The position numbers and the translations under genes were made by a program. DNA of 64,000 bases from Lama guanicoe (lineage: Eukaryota), in NCBI GenBank assembly GCA_013239625.1, contig MU053934.1:6714399-6778398 (forward strand), read 5' to 3'. Below, in pieces: positions 12,326 to 25,600 of the stretch (positions are counted from its first letter, which is position 1; each line of letters begins with the position of its first letter). The notes beneath the pieces are model-generated. The model worked only from the letters and a program-made list of their open reading frames with translations, did no database searches and had not been told where the DNA came from.

Positions 12326-13546
12326 GCTGCAGAGCCCCTGCATCGCTTTATCATTAAACAACAGTAGGGAGGTTCCTCTCCATTGGGATTATTTCTGCTT
12401 GAAAGCTCAAGACTTTTAGCCCCATCACTGTTGGGCTCCATGGGAAGGCAGTGCTGCATGCTGAGGCATGCTGGGAAAAGACTTTGTTCCATCCTGTTTT
12501 GTTGACATGCTCGTCATTTTAAGCCTGAAACCCAAGCTTCCTGCAAAGAATTCAAACCGTGGAGAAAAACGTGGCCATGATACAGCCACTACTTCCTGAG
12601 CCTCCAGCATTCCTTGAGCTTGGGGCTCCATGTGTGTCCTCAAACTTAACCTTCACAACACGTAAGTAACCCCCACTTCCCAGCTGAAGAAGCTGAAGCC
12701 CAGAATTGCTAACAAGATGCCTAAAGGCACACAGCTGCTAAGTAGTAGATCCGGGACTCGTCACCAGGTCCTTCTTGAGAATCCTGGCTCTTAACCACAT
12801 CAGCTACACCCCGGTGGGGGCGCAGAGATGGGTCTTGTTTGCAGGGCTTTGATGGAAATGCTTCTGCTCATCTTCTGCCACAGGCTGGTCCCTCAACGTC
12901 ACAATTCCTGGGCCACAGGGAAGGCACTAGGACACAGGTGTGAGAAATGCAGACATCAATGTTCCCTCCACTCCATCTATCCCTCCAGTGACTCAGAAAT
13001 GGCTGCCCTGCCACCTAGGTGATTGTCTTCTGGAAGCAGTCATGCCCTGTGAGGTTCCTCACCACTGCCCTGCGTCTGCCCTGCATCTCCCCAGGAGCTC
13101 ACAGGATAACTCCAAAACACATGTGTGGTTCCGGGGAAACAGAAAGCAGCAGAGTCAATGGATTCTCCAACTCCCAATTGGTCCTCCTGACTGCAGCCTC
13201 TTTCCCTGGCCCACCCATCCCTGCAGCAAACTCATTAGTGTTACCGGAAGCAACCTTACTCCCACTGGCTCAAAGGTTGTCGGTCCCAAGTAGCTTCAGA
13301 ATTCAAGTCAATTCTCATCCACCTGGAACGCAAAGCCCTTGTCTGGCCCCAGCCCCTTCCAGCCTTCCCTCACATGTCCCATTCTGCCTGTTTGCCAAAC
13401 GAAATGAGTTGTGTTCCCACCATGTGCCTGTCTGCTACCCAAGGCCGGAAGCCCTTCCCTCTGCCCTACAGAATGAAGTTACACCCTCTTTCAAGTGTTA
13501 ACTCAAATGCCACCACCTCCACAAAGCATACCTTAATACTCATCAT

Positions 13547-14030
13547 AAATTCATTCAGCAAACATTGAGACCAAGGGTCCCTGTTGTTATGGAGCTTTCA
13601 GTCCCATGGGACCATTAGGAAGAACAATTCATCACATAAATAATCATTTGGTAGCAACCATGATACACATTAGTAAGCATGGCAGGTGCACAGAGGGTAT
13701 ATAATGGGACCCCGGGTCTTGGGGATCCAGGACATTTGAGCTGAGACCTGAAGGACAGATAGGAAGTAGCCATGTGATGAGGTTGGGAGAGAGCTCCAGG
13801 CAGCAGGCACAGCATGGGCAAGTGCCCTAAGGCAGGAGGGAGCAAGCAGATTTCCAGGAAGAAAAAGGAGGCCAGTGCAATTCAAAAGAAATGGGTAAGC
13901 TGGAGATGCAGCTGGAGCAGGACAGCACAGACCACGAAAGGCTTGGGGACTTTATCCCAAAGGCAAGAGACGGAGCCGCTGAAGGATTCTGAGCAGATGA
14001 AATAATCAATATTCATTTAGAAACGATCCT
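13547..14030 (-). mobile_element. L2 fragment
   Basis: Starts with attcattcagcaaacattgag and contains gacatttgagctgagacctgaagga...ccaggcagcaggcacagcatgggcaagtgccctaaggcagga, typical antisense L2. Confidence 0.75.
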
Positions 14031-14927
14031 GCCAACTACCCTATGGCTGAGCATCTTCTGAAAAGCCCAGGCTTTGTGTCCAGCCACCCCGAAGCTTGGA
14101 CGTCTGGTCATTTAGGGGTAGAGTTTTTGCTCTTGAGGGCAGGGCTGACCTCTGATTCTCCTGCATCATCCTCACCACGCGGAGCTGCTCCAAAAACATT
14201 TGTGGAACGAACGGATAAGACAAGACACTTACCAGCATTTCCCCCGGAAGGGGCCAGGCTGCCAGAGGGGCCTTCCACGTTCTCTGGAAATCACAAAATT
14301 CAGGGGTTTTAGTGAGATCACGACTCAGGGAGCCCTTGAGAGTAGAGCGGGCATCTCACTGATGTCAGCGCCCGGGCCAGCATCCAACATGACACCATGC
14401 AGGCGTCTGCCCATGACCGTGTCATGAATGACCAGAAACAGAACCGAAAGATCCCAACAGCTCTAAGTTGCTTTCAGGTTTACAAAGCATATTTCACATG
14501 AGCAGCCTCACATAGGGTCAACCCTCTCAGGTGGGTACGGTTACTGCCCCGTTTTATAGATGAGGAAGGTGAGGCCCAGGCAAGGGAGGGTCCCTGGCAA
14601 GTTGTCTCAAAGCCAAGACTAGAACCTGACAATTGTTCAGGCTACTGATGGCCCCCGTGGGGTTAAGAAAGCTTTCCAGAAATTTCTTTTAAAAACGTTT
14701 TAAAGTGACATATTTCATCAGGATGTCTGTCACGCCAGCAGTGGGAGCCAGCACACCAATTCTCACAGGCCGTCCCCCCTACACGTCAGATCCACACACT
14801 CAGCCCTAGGCTCTGAGGCTGGCGGCTTAGCCCAGGGCGCAGGAGGGACCTGAGTGATGAATCCTTGCTCCCTGGGCTTGATGCTGGCTCCCAGCAGGTG
14901 CTCAGGAAACGTGAGCTGATTTAAGGG

Positions 14928-15135
14928 GATAACAATAGAGAACATTCCTAAAGCTCTCACATGTGCCAGGAGCCATGCTAAGTGAGTTACCTGCATTCAT
15001 TCAAGTCATCCTTAGAACACACCTATGAGGTGAGTACAATTATCCCCATTTACAGGTGTGGAAACTGAGGTTCAGAGCAATAACTACTTGGCATGCGATC
15101 ACAGCCAGTAGTGGCAGAGCTGGGATTTGAACCTA
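14928..15135 (-). mobile_element. MIR SINE (near full length)
   Basis: atgtgccaggagccatgctaag...cctatgaggtgagtacaattatccccatttacaggtgtggaaactgaggttcagag...gtggcagagctgggatttgaacc. Confidence 0.85.
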
Positions 15136-16403
15136 CCCAGAGCCCTTTAAGTAGCCCTATGCCCTGGCTGAGTGAAGGTGGGCACAGACACTCCTGGCAA
15201 AAGGAACTGTGCATCCTTAACCATGACCTTGTGGAGCACCCCTCCCCCACACACCTGATTCCCATTCCCGATATATCCTGTGTGGGCAAGCACTGACACA
15301 CTGGCATGGTAGCTACCTCATCACAGATTTTGTGTCTCCCCAGCCTCCCTCCCCCGGTGGTCTCTGGGCTCCCTTTACCTGTCCTGCCACCTATGGGCTC
15401 CCAGCATTATAATCCGTCTCAGCTCCTTTTTGGTAGTAGGTGGGTGTACAAAAGAAAGGAAGGGCAGAGGGTGATGCTGCCTTGAGAAAGCTCTCTAAGT
15501 TCTAGAGCCTCAGCTTTTTCATCTGTGCAATGGGACATTAACAGTCTGCCACGGAGGGCTGCATCCACACCAATGCTTAATCACTGACCTTGCATCTAAG
15601 CACTGGTTCCTTTATTCTGGCCTTAGGTGCCCCTTGGGAATCACTCATCCCTTGAGCAAGCATGCTCAGGAAAGTAAGGTGCCCACAGTCACCCAGTGCA
15701 GGCACAGTGGAACAAGGGGTGAGAGGTCTTTCTGACTCTGAAGCTTAAGCAGAGAGAGGAGAGAGAGTAAACGAACCATGTGGGTCTTCCACGGCAAGTC
15801 AGCATCACATTGCCAGGTGTGGGCTGGACATGGCTCCCGAGTCCTATATACACCCACTCCCAGCGCTCTCCCCAAACGGTGCACATCACATGGTGTTGGG
15901 GCAGCCCCCTGTCCTCCAGCGGCCTCCTGGAGGCCACTATCTTGCTGGACCCTCTCAGCCCTCTACCCCAGTCCAGATGAGGTGTGCTGGTGGGAAGGCC
16001 AGGCACCAAGGTTCACCTGTGGGCTGGTTACAGAACAGAAGGGAAGAAAGCATCCTTTCTGGAAAAAATCAATGGACAGATGATACTGACCAAGTCACAA
16101 CCTACATGGAAGCAATCCAAGAAAATCAAAGAGACGAGAGAACTGCCACCCCTTACAGCAGCTGGGGACCTGAGAGGTGAGTGAGCCCAAGCCCTCATTA
16201 GACAGATAGGAAAACCAAGGCCCAAGGTGGGGCTATGACCAGCTCAGGGCCCCACAGTGTTTTGGCAGCTCTGCCATGTGCGAGGGGTGTCCGGACCCAG
16301 CTGGCCCTCATGCCTCACACCCCCACCATCCAGTTCCCTCTGGTCTTGCCCACACTACCAAGTGTGCCAGTTTAGCCTCACCTAGAAATCACCAAATCTC
16401 AGG

Positions 16404-16449
16404 GGCTCTTCCCTGCATGCTTTTGGCTCTTCCCTGCATGCTTTTGGCT
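16404..16449. repeat. Perfect 21-bp tandem duplication (GGCTCTTCCCTGCATGCTTTT x2.2)
   Basis: Directly visible, with no mismatches between copies. Confidence 0.95.
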
Positions 16450-16529
16450 TCTGGGCTACCCTGCCCACCCCACCCCCACCCTCATATGTTAGGGAGAGTT
16501 GGGGGAGATTGATTCAATAAACTACTACA

Positions 16530-16930
16530 TAGTTATGCAATTAGAACAGAGCCTGCCTGACTCATGGGAAGTGCTCATAAATATTAGCTATTATTGCCAG
16601 GCACAGTTATCATCCCCATTTTACAGCTAGGGAAACTGAGGCTCAGGATTGCGTAACTGGCCCACAGATACTAGATGCTAGAGCCTTCAATCTCCTGGGC
16701 TGATTTTTCTTTAAGCTAACAGTTGTTGAGCTCTCCCTGGAAGCCAGGCTCTGGGCTAATAACTGCTTTGCAAGAGTTAATCTCACCTAATCTTCACCAC
16801 ACACAGCCCTGTGATTTAGGTACTATTGTTACCCTTGGAAACCGAGGATCAGAGAGGGCAGATGGTTTGCCTAAGGCCACACAGCTGGCCAAGCCAGGAT
16901 TGAACCCAGGCAGCCCAGCTCCCAGTGCAG
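16530..16930. mobile_element. Cluster of MIR fragments
   Basis: ttagaacagagcctg...aaatattagctatta (+), atccccattttacagctagggaaactgaggctcag (-), and ctaaggccacacagctgg...ggattgaacccaggcag (-). Confidence 0.7.
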
Positions 16931-17599
16931 TGCCATCTCAGTCGAGGATGAACTGGGGGGATCAGTGACCCTGGCCTCTTTCAGGAGCTTCAAGTCACTG
17001 TGGGGTCCCAGGCTAGAGAAGCTACTCCAGGAACCCTCACTCAAGTTGAAGACTAGACGTCTACTCTGATTCCCCAGCAATGCTGCCCTGGCTTAGTGGG
17101 CCTGGGCCAGTCCTAGACTCCAAGAGTCCTGAGACTCCAAATTAAAAGGAGACCCAGGCTGGTCCTTAAATTCCCAGGCTGTCTGGGAATCCCAGCACCA
17201 CAGGGCCAGCCCAAGAGGCCTGATTTGGGAGGAGCTAGAACAAGCCAGTTTTTGTGTAAAACCTGCCTGCTCTGTCATCAGTTAGGCTCTGCCTTCCCGA
17301 CTCCCACTGCTGAGAGGAACAGGCTTTCCTCTCCCCCTTCCTGGCCTCCAGCCACTCAAGATGACTGACTGGCCTTTTACACCAGCAGCTCTGCTCTCGC
17401 TCTTTCTTCTGGTTGCACAACCTCCCCTACCTTAGCCTGACAAATTCCTACTCATTCTCTAAGTTCTTCAAATGCCACCGCCTCTCTGAAGCCCCTCTTG
17501 GTTGACCTTGATTGTAAGAATTCACATGGGTACCCCAGGGAGAACCTTTTTCGTTGTACCTCTAGGTTGCTGGCATAGCCAGTTCCCTCATAACCACAG

Positions 17600-17805
17600 C
17601 CGCCATTAATTGAGTATCTGCTGTGTGCAGGAACTGCACCTACAGTCTCCTTAATCCCCACAACAAGCCTGCAGGTAGAGGTTACTACCACCAGGTCACT
17701 GCCTTTTAAAACTGCAGCTCTGAGAGAAGAAGAAACTTGCCTAAGTTCACATAGCTGGAAAGTAGCCAGGGAAGACTGCAACTCAGAACTCTCTGACTCC
17801 AGAGC
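17600..17805 (-). mobile_element. MIR SINE
   Basis: attgagtatctgctgtgtgcagg...ttaatccccacaacaagcctgcaggtag...aacttgcctaagttcacatagct...tctgactccagag. Confidence 0.75.
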
Positions 17806-19899
17806 TGCTGGGGGCCATCAAATTGGGGCAGACATTGGGAGGGGCGTGGCTGTGTGTCTCCAACTATGTATGTCAGGAGGGTGGGCATACAGCTCCAAGT
17901 GGGCAGGCTCTGAACCTCGGCTGGGTGAAGTGAGCTGACCAGCCAGTTGGAACCTTGCCTTATGTTCCCAGCACCTCTGGCCAGCAGGGTCCAGAGCCCT
18001 GGCCTGGAATGGACCCAGCATCTTGGCCTTGGAGAGAGTCTATCCACTGTTTCTTCCTTTTCCATATGGCAAAGGAGGCTCCATGGGTACCAGAGCTGCA
18101 CAGGTGAAGGCCAGGCGGGCAACTGCTCCTCACACACAGCTCCCAGCTCCCCTCTGCAAGTTGGTTTGTGGGCCCAGGACCTGGGGGAAATACTGGGGTA
18201 GATGAATGAGCCAACAGCCAGTTTCCAAAGGGACATTAGCCACAGGAGGCTTTCCAGCTCAGGGCAGACACCCCTCATGGACATGGCTGCTGCTTGTCCC
18301 CACATGTCAGGCTCCATGGGGAAAAGTCCCTTTTGGGTGGGTTTGCCCAAAGGAAGTGAGCCATCACCCCTTCTAGGGTGTGAGGCAGGGCGACTGTTCC
18401 ATCTCGGTGTCCCGCCTTCCTGGGGTATCTGCAGGTCTGGATCTGCTCCCCTGGCTTCCAGGCACAAACCTCTGTGCCAGCTGTGGGCAGGTACTGGGAA
18501 CACAGAGAGGATGCCTTAAATGGCCCTGTACCAAAGGACCTGACAGCAACCACAGTGCAATCAGCACTGTGATGGGGAGGCATGGCAGTGGGCATGGCAC
18601 AGGCCCCCAGGCCATCCAGGTAGAGAGCTGTGAGGCTTCCTGGAGGAGGCTGAGTCCAGAAGGATTTGATCAGGCAAAAGAGGGAGTGAGGTCCAGGTGA
18701 GGAACCAGCTCCTGGGGAAGGAGGGCTAGAATGAGGGCCACAGCCTGAGGCCTAGTGTGTGACAGGCTGGACCAAGAGGGCCACAGTCTTCCCCTGACCC
18801 TCCATCTGAGGAAGGCTCCTGCCTTGGCTTCTCAGCTCAGATTTTTCCATCCCTGCTGGGGCCTGAGCTATGGCCTGGCCCTGGTAAAGCCCCACTCTCT
18901 GTGTTCTCTGGAGACTTCCTTTAGAGACTGACCACCTGCGTGCATACCACTGCCCTGGCCTGAGCCCTGATGCAGCCCACAGCCACGAACTGTGGTTGCT
19001 TCCCAGTCCAGGTCAGGCTCAAGCTCTCTGACCTTATGAGCCCCTCGGAGGAGACAAGGTCCTGGGATACTCTGCCAACACAGGCCTGGCTGCAGAACCC
19101 GTTGCTAGCCTCCCGAGCAGGCTGGACTGGCACTGCAGCTGGGGGCATGCTCAGCCCTGGCCTTGTATCTCTGAAGCCCCATCTCAGCCTCAGTCCCCAG
19201 CTCTCTCTCTGGTCATCCTTGGGAGGCAGGTGTGGGCAGAAGTAGCCTTCTGAGACCTCAGGCTGCCCAGGCTAAGAGAATGATGGACCTTGACCCTAGC
19301 TGGGACAGAGAGACCTAGCAGGGCAGCAGCCAAGATGGGGCGATGGCTAGGGGTCCTGAGAGTGGCCTGGGCCTCCCGCAGGAGTGAGGAGGGGGCTGGC
19401 ATGCTAGGGAGGAGGGAGGACCAGCTCCTCCCCGCCATGCTGGCCTGTCTGTCTCCAGCACTTCACTGTAAAAATAAATGGAAGAAGAACATGCCAGACA
19501 GAAAAAAAGGAGGAAAAAAAAAAAAACCCAAACCGCCCCACACGGGCTCCCTCGGCGGGTTTGGGCCAAGGCCTTGGCCTGGGTTACTTGCTGCTGCTTT
19601 TCCCGGGAAGCTGCTGGTGCCAAATTTGCATTTACCACAAACAGAGACAACACAATGTCATAATCCTTCTCCTGTCATTCTCCCCTCTCTTCCTCCTCCC
19701 ACCTCAGACACACACACGCTAACACAAAATGACGGCTCCCTCGACAGCCTGAATGAGCAAAGCCCTCGATCTGCCTCTTAATTGTTGGCGTTTCTCTCTG
19801 GCCCTGTGCTCCATGCCCCTTGCCCAATTTGGAGCAGACCACCCACTGCCCCCTCCTTTGTCCCGAATCACCGCTGACAAATGGCCTGCTGGAGGTAGA

Positions 19900-20900
19900 A
19901 TATGCCTGGAAATAATGGAGGGGGGGAGCCAGCCTCCCGCCCGCCGCCTCTGCACCCTCCCTGCTGGGGTCCCAGCCCTGGACCGGACGCTGGCTGGACA
20001 TGAGGGGACAGTGGCAGCTATGATGACTCGGCCCCTGGGACTCTGACCCGGAGCCCTGCCCTTCACGCCCCTGCTGCTGCCTCCCTGGCCGCTGCACTCC
20101 CAGAGAAGCCCCCTCTCACCCCTCCTCTTGCAGCCACCCTCCCGGGCACTGCTCTGAACATCCCCCGCGCTCCCCTCCCTCCATCGCTCTTTATGGCAGT
20201 TTCAAAGCTGCAGCCGCCACTCGAGCAGCTGCGGCCTTTGATGGGGACAAGGCAGTGAAGGCCGCCCGGGAGGCCCCTGGCCGCCCTGCCCTGGCCCGGC
20301 CTAGCCCTCCGCGCCCCCCCCCCCGCGCCGGGAGCCTTGGGCCGGGCAGCGTGGCGCGGCGGAGCACCCAGCGGGCACGCCTCGCACGCCAGAGCAAACT
20401 TTCGTGACCGGAGGGAGAGGCACCGCGCACGCCGCGTTACCTTTGCAGCAGCATCCTTCCTGGCACTTGCTCCAGACCCTCCAACAGCCCGGCGACCGGC
20501 CAGAGGAAAACAACTCCCGAGCAAGGCTGGGGAGGAGGGGAAGGGAAAAAGGAGAAGGGAAAGGAAAGGGGGCAGTTTCTAGTCTCTCAGCCTCCTCGCG
20601 GCTCCTCCTGCCCAAGCCGGCAAGTGAAGTCACAGGGCCGGGGCGGTGACATCAGCCGAGCCTCTGACATCACGGCCCCTGCCAGATCTCACCTCTGCAG
20701 GGTGGAGATGGAGGAGCAGCAGGAGGAGGGGATGGATGGAGGAGGGAGGGGAGCACCGATCCCTCCATCGCCCTCAACTGCGGAGAGCGCGTGCCAGCGT
20801 GGTGGGGGGTGCAGAGGAGGGGCGGGTGGCTCATCTCTGAAGAGTATGTTTTATCTCTATAGATAGGGGTGATTATGTGTCTATTTATAATTGGCCCCAG
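19900..20900 (-). promoter_or_regulatory. Second CpG-rich promoter-like element
   Basis: CpG-dense at 20260-20520. CRE/ATF-like octamers TGAAGTCA (20625-20632) and TGACATCA (20647-20654, 20665-20672) flank a GC box at ~20640-20646. MEF2 consensus CTATTTATAA at 20881-20890. The region is repeat-free. Confidence 0.7.
20441..20620 (-). other. Candidate alternative first exon
   Basis: The minus strand reads ...GCCAGGAAGG ATG CTG CTG CAA AG|GTAACG, with donor GT at 20440-20439 and ATG at 20454-20452 (A at -3). The 5' boundary is estimated from the position of the promoter motifs. Confidence 0.5.
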
Positions 20901-22786
20901 AGTGAATGGCTTAAATGGGCGAACACCCACTGCAGGCAAGAATCACAGCTCGCTGCTGTTCTTAGAGCCCACTGGGTAAAGGCCAGAGCGACTGTTCACA
21001 AAGCACCTACTGTGTGCGGAAATTCACACCCGGCACTGTGGGCGGTGATCGCAAAGACCTTGTGGGGCTCAGAGAGGGAAGGGCCTCCCCGAGGCGGCTC
21101 AGCAGGAAAATGAGCTAGGGCTTGGGGCAGGGAGCAAAGAGAGTGGGAAAAAGCCGGTCAGGGCCAGCCAGGCAGCTTTGGGGCTTTCTGAAGCCTTTCA
21201 CCAGCTGCTGGGTTGAGGCCTTGGGTCTGATTACTCAGCCCAGGCCACCACCCAGCAAAGGTGGACTTCAGAAGGAACAGGCAGAGTGCAGCAGTCCCCA
21301 TCAACCAAACTCCCATCTCAGGGGGTGGCAGCAGCAGGCAGCCTGCCCTCAGCATGTGGTCAGCAGAACTAGTTTGATGGGCTGAGCACCTACTACATGC
21401 GGTCCCAGCACCAGGCATTCACACTCTCCCTCTTACTCCATGGCAAGGCCTGAAAGTAGGCACCAACGCCCCATGTCAAGATGGGGAAACCAAGGCCCAA
21501 GACATGGGACAAAATAGGGACCCAGGTGTCCAGTGCCTGGACTCCAGACCATGGCCAGATCCTCGGCCCTGCAATGCCCTTGACCTGAGCCTCCTACTCT
21601 GCAGATGCTCTATAGACGCTCTACAGACCATCCCCAGCCTGGTGGGGTCTCCCCTGTCCAATGCCCACCTCCACTGAGTAAACCTCAGGTGCTCTGGCCT
21701 CTGCCCTCAGATGAGAGGCCACACAGCCCACCCTGCTATGCTCCCTTTAGCTCAAGACCCCAACCCAGCCCAGGCCCCTCCAGGCACTAATGTGCCAATC
21801 CCAAGGGAGTATCCTCTTCCCTGGCACCTGAAGCGTCTGGGCTGCTGACCATTGGCTGCCCATAATTTGGCTCACAGCTTCATCTGAGCTTCTGGGCCCA
21901 GCATTTGGTGAGGGCCTACTAAGCACCAGGCTCCAGTTACTTCATTTCATCCTCCCCACGTCCAGGATGCCAGGGTTAGCAACCAGGACACGGGGCTGCT
22001 CCCAGTGTCTGGAAAGTACTTCCCTTTCCCTCAGGCTTTCCCCAAAGCCTGGAGCTAATGTCCCCATCTCAGTTTTCAGGATTCCAGCCAGACTTTGCAC
22101 TGGTCCTTCCCCTACCAGGACCTGACCAGAGTTCACACAAGGCACTCAGTGAAGCCTTGAAGTAAATTGACCCTACTCACAGAAGAGGCCCACGTGAGCA
22201 CAAACACTAGTGAGGAAACCCAGAAGGAACACTTTCATTCTGTTTCCTAAACCAACCACACTCCCTCTTTCCTCCAGGTCTTCACACGTGCTGTTCCCTC
22301 TGCTTGGAACTACTGAGACATCACTTCCTCTGAGGAGCATTTCCTGATGTCCAAGTCCAAGTGAGATGCAGCTTTCCATGTTTTTTCCCCATTGCAGCTC
22401 CTACTCAGTGTCCTGGGAGGCAGCAGGAAGTAGTGGAAAGGAATGGGGGCTCCAAGGCAGACTGCCCATGTTCATATCCCAGCTCCCCAGCTCACTCATT
22501 GTGACTCTGGACAACTTCTCTATATCTGTTTCTTCCTTTGGGAAGTGGTGGGGAACACAGCAGTGGGAGGGTCTCAGCACAGCACAGCCCCTTGCCAGAC
22601 CCCGCAGAATCATATCTGCCTGTTCATCTGCCTGCCTCCCCAGCCAGGCTGCTAAATCAGCCAAGGAGAAAGGTCTGTTTTGTCTTCTGACCCCTAGCAC
22701 AGTGGGCACTAAAGAAATATGTACTAAGGAAACCAGGTAAGGTTGGTTGACACAGTAGACTGGAGAATTTTTGGCAGGCACCTCCA

Positions 22787-23012
22787 TCAGGCTGCCTGGT
22801 TTTAAATCTTGGCTCTACCACTTCCTTCCTGTGTGATATTGGGCAAGTTACTTAACTTCTCTGAGCCTCATGTGCTCCATGTGTAAAATGGGTATAATAG
22901 AACCTACCTTATAAGGTTGTTGTGAGATTACAAGATAGAAGAGATGCAAAATGCTTAGACCAGTGCTGACTCTTAGCAGGAGCCAGACCCATGTTAGCGT
23001 CGATCATTATTA
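22787..23012 (+). mobile_element. MIR SINE (near full length)
   Basis: ctgcctggttttaaatcttggctctaccactt...gggcaagttacttaacttctctgagcctca...gtaaaatgggtataatagaacctaccttataaggttgttgtgag. Confidence 0.9.
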
Positions 23013-23849
23013 GTCTCTCTGATCTGGGCCTGCCAGGTGCTACAGAGGATGGAGGGAAATCTGAGAGAGATGTGGTGGAACAGTGGGAAGGAAGTGGGAT
23101 TTGGAGGAACACAGACTGGGCTCCAACATAATCTCAGTGAACCTCCATTTGCCACACTTGAAGCAGGGTAATTAATGCTCCTAACTTTGCAGACAAATGT
23201 GCCTACACAGAGCTAGGCACTTAGTAGATACGGAATAAATACAGGTTCCTTTCAGTCTCCTCAAACCATGGACACACATGAACAACTATTCAATATCTTT
23301 TCACAGAAGCCTCAGTGTGGGTGAGGTGGGATCACAAGTCAGGAACAGAAAAGAGGCTCAGAAGAGAGGGCAGCTTTGGGAAGGTACTAGGGAAGGCTTC
23401 CTGGAGGAGGAGCTATGTGAGCTGGGTCAGGAAGGTTCAGGAAAAAGGAAGAGTGAGTAAATGCATGACAGAAGAGTCGGGGCACCCAAACCCCTAAAGG
23501 TAAAGCATGCTTCAAAGCAGCAACTAGGAGGCACGCTTGAGTGGAGGGGGCACTGTTGCCTCTGTTTCGGAACGTGGGTTTTTGGTAGCATGGTGGCTGA
23601 GCTGGAGGGTTCCATGAGGACCAAGCCTCTGTGCCAGGCATGTTGTCATGAGAAAAGGCCAACAAGACAGAGACCAGAATAACTGAGCTGGGTGGGATGC
23701 TGGAATCATCTGGCCCAACCATTCCACACATGTGGAAATGGAGGCCCAGAAAGAGGATGGGACTTGTCCGAGGTCACATGGTAGGTCAGTGGTAGAGCTA
23801 AATCCTACACTTAGTCTTGTAACCGCAAGGCCAGAATTCTTTTGATGAT

Positions 23850-24095
23850 AAGGGCAATAATGAGTTAATGGTACTAACGTAGTGCTTACTGTACATCCCT
23901 GTCTTAACTTCTTATGAACTCGTTTGAACCCCACAACTGCCCTCTGGTGAGGGAATACCATTACATCCATTTTACAGATGAGACAACTGAGGACCAGGGA
24001 ACTCAGCTGAGTTGCCCAAAGTCACACCACCAATAAAGAGCAGAGCCAGTATTCAGCCCCATGTTATCTAGCCCCAGAGTCTAGACTTTTAACCA
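23850..24095 (-). mobile_element. MIR SINE
   Basis: tccattttacagatgagacaactgagg...ttgcccaaagtcacac...cagagccag...cttttaacca. Confidence 0.85.
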
Positions 24096-25374
24096 GTAGA
24101 CTTTTATTGCTTCTCCTCATAGTCTGTGTCCATCCCATCATGCATGCGTGCAACCACACACCCAGTCAGGAATGCAGTCATTCATTCAAGCACTATTTAT
24201 TTGAGCTCCTACTGTTTCGGGCACTCAAGGAGTCATCAGTGAGTGCACAGCCAACCCCACGAAGGCCTGCCTGCCTCTCCGTATTTCCTGCTGCCTTGCA
24301 CTGTGCCCAGACATTTCAGAGCTCACTGAAATCTGTCCTCCTGAAAAGTTGGTCTCATATTTAGCTGCTCAAGACCACAGACTGCTCTACTTTTGGGAAA
24401 CCACAGACCAATCCCCTTTCAAAGGCCATTATGTTGCCTCTTAGGAAAGGGGGAGTGAAGACGACTGATCCAGTATCAATTTCTGGGTAGAATGGTGAGT
24501 TGTACAGAGGTCCAAGGCCTCACAGGCAGAAAAAAAAAAAAAATCCTGCAAATCAGAGTTGGAAATATGCAGTCCAAGGGACTTGAAGCAATCAAGCAAA
24601 AAAAAAAAAAAAGTGCAATGGTAGAGTTCTGTGACCACAAGAGCTTTCAACAAGTCCAGCCCCCTGGGCAGAGAAGAGGTAGGCCAGTGGCAGGCACTGG
24701 GCACCTTTTCAGATAGCCTTCGGGGCTCCCAGAGGACCCTTCTCCTGCTAACAGCAGAGCGCCTGCTCTGTCCAGGCCCACTACACTGTTCTGGCATGAC
24801 CGTCCCACTCCCCAGAAGAGCAAACAGACTCAGAAAAAAAGAAGAAGACTTTCCCAAGTCAACACAGGCCTGGCTGGTTCCATCCAGCCTCAACATTGCC
24901 ACTTCAGTGCAGCCTTGGGCCGGCCTTGCGTCTTCTCCTGTCCTCTAGTTTCCTCTTCCTTAAAGTGAAGATGCTGAGGAACAAGACCAGGAAGCTCCCT
25001 TCCAGTCCTGGCATTCAGTGCTTCCATCTGATGAGGCTGCAAGCTGGGGCCAAGGACAGGAAGGAGGGCCAGGCAGACGTTCCCCCAACCCACACCACCA
25101 CCACCTTCATCTCACCTCCACCAGTCCCCTGAGTTAGTCTGTAAACAGCCCCAGAACAACAGATCTTAAAACAGAAATCCACTTCGGGGACGTGAGGAAT
25201 TTCATACCTATTCTACAGATGGGGCTATAGGTTCAAATCTCTAAGATAAGTACTCTCTCCCTGCCGCTGCCTCCCCCGACACACTGAGAGGGTCTGAACA
25301 TCATCTGCCATTGCCCAAAGAGCAGAGACAAAGCAAGAGGAACTGGGTGGCTGCTGAAATCAGGTTATTAGTAG

Positions 25375-25600
25375 GACTATTAATAATAGTCCCCAGTATC
25401 TGCATAATAGCACCGTGCCACTTCCTGGCTATGCAAATGCTCACAGCCTGTTTCCTCTTCTAAAAGTGGGAATAATAGTCATTCTTCCCTCAGATGGCAG
25501 GACAAGAATCATGAATCCCATTTTGCAGATGAAGAAACTGAGGCTCAGAAAAGTGGTATTAAGAGCTCTGAAGCCACAATTTAAACATGGGTCTGAGACA
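25375..25600 (-). mobile_element. MIR-derived sequence
   Basis: atcccattttgcagatgaagaaactgaggctcaga at ~25515-25550. Confidence 0.7.

Noticed and set aside
17706..18503. 265-aa ORF (-)
   Set aside because: It has no recognisable domain, ends within a MIR, and overlaps similar ORFs on both strands.
6300..20900. Assigning a gene symbol to the minus-strand gene
   Set aside because: Only putative UTR/first-exon sequence is present and I do not recognise it. A BLAT search is required.
25374..25392. Perfect inverted repeat GGACTATTA-A-TAATAGTCC
   Set aside because: It is short, AT-rich and at a MIR tail, and could plausibly arise by chance in 64 kb.
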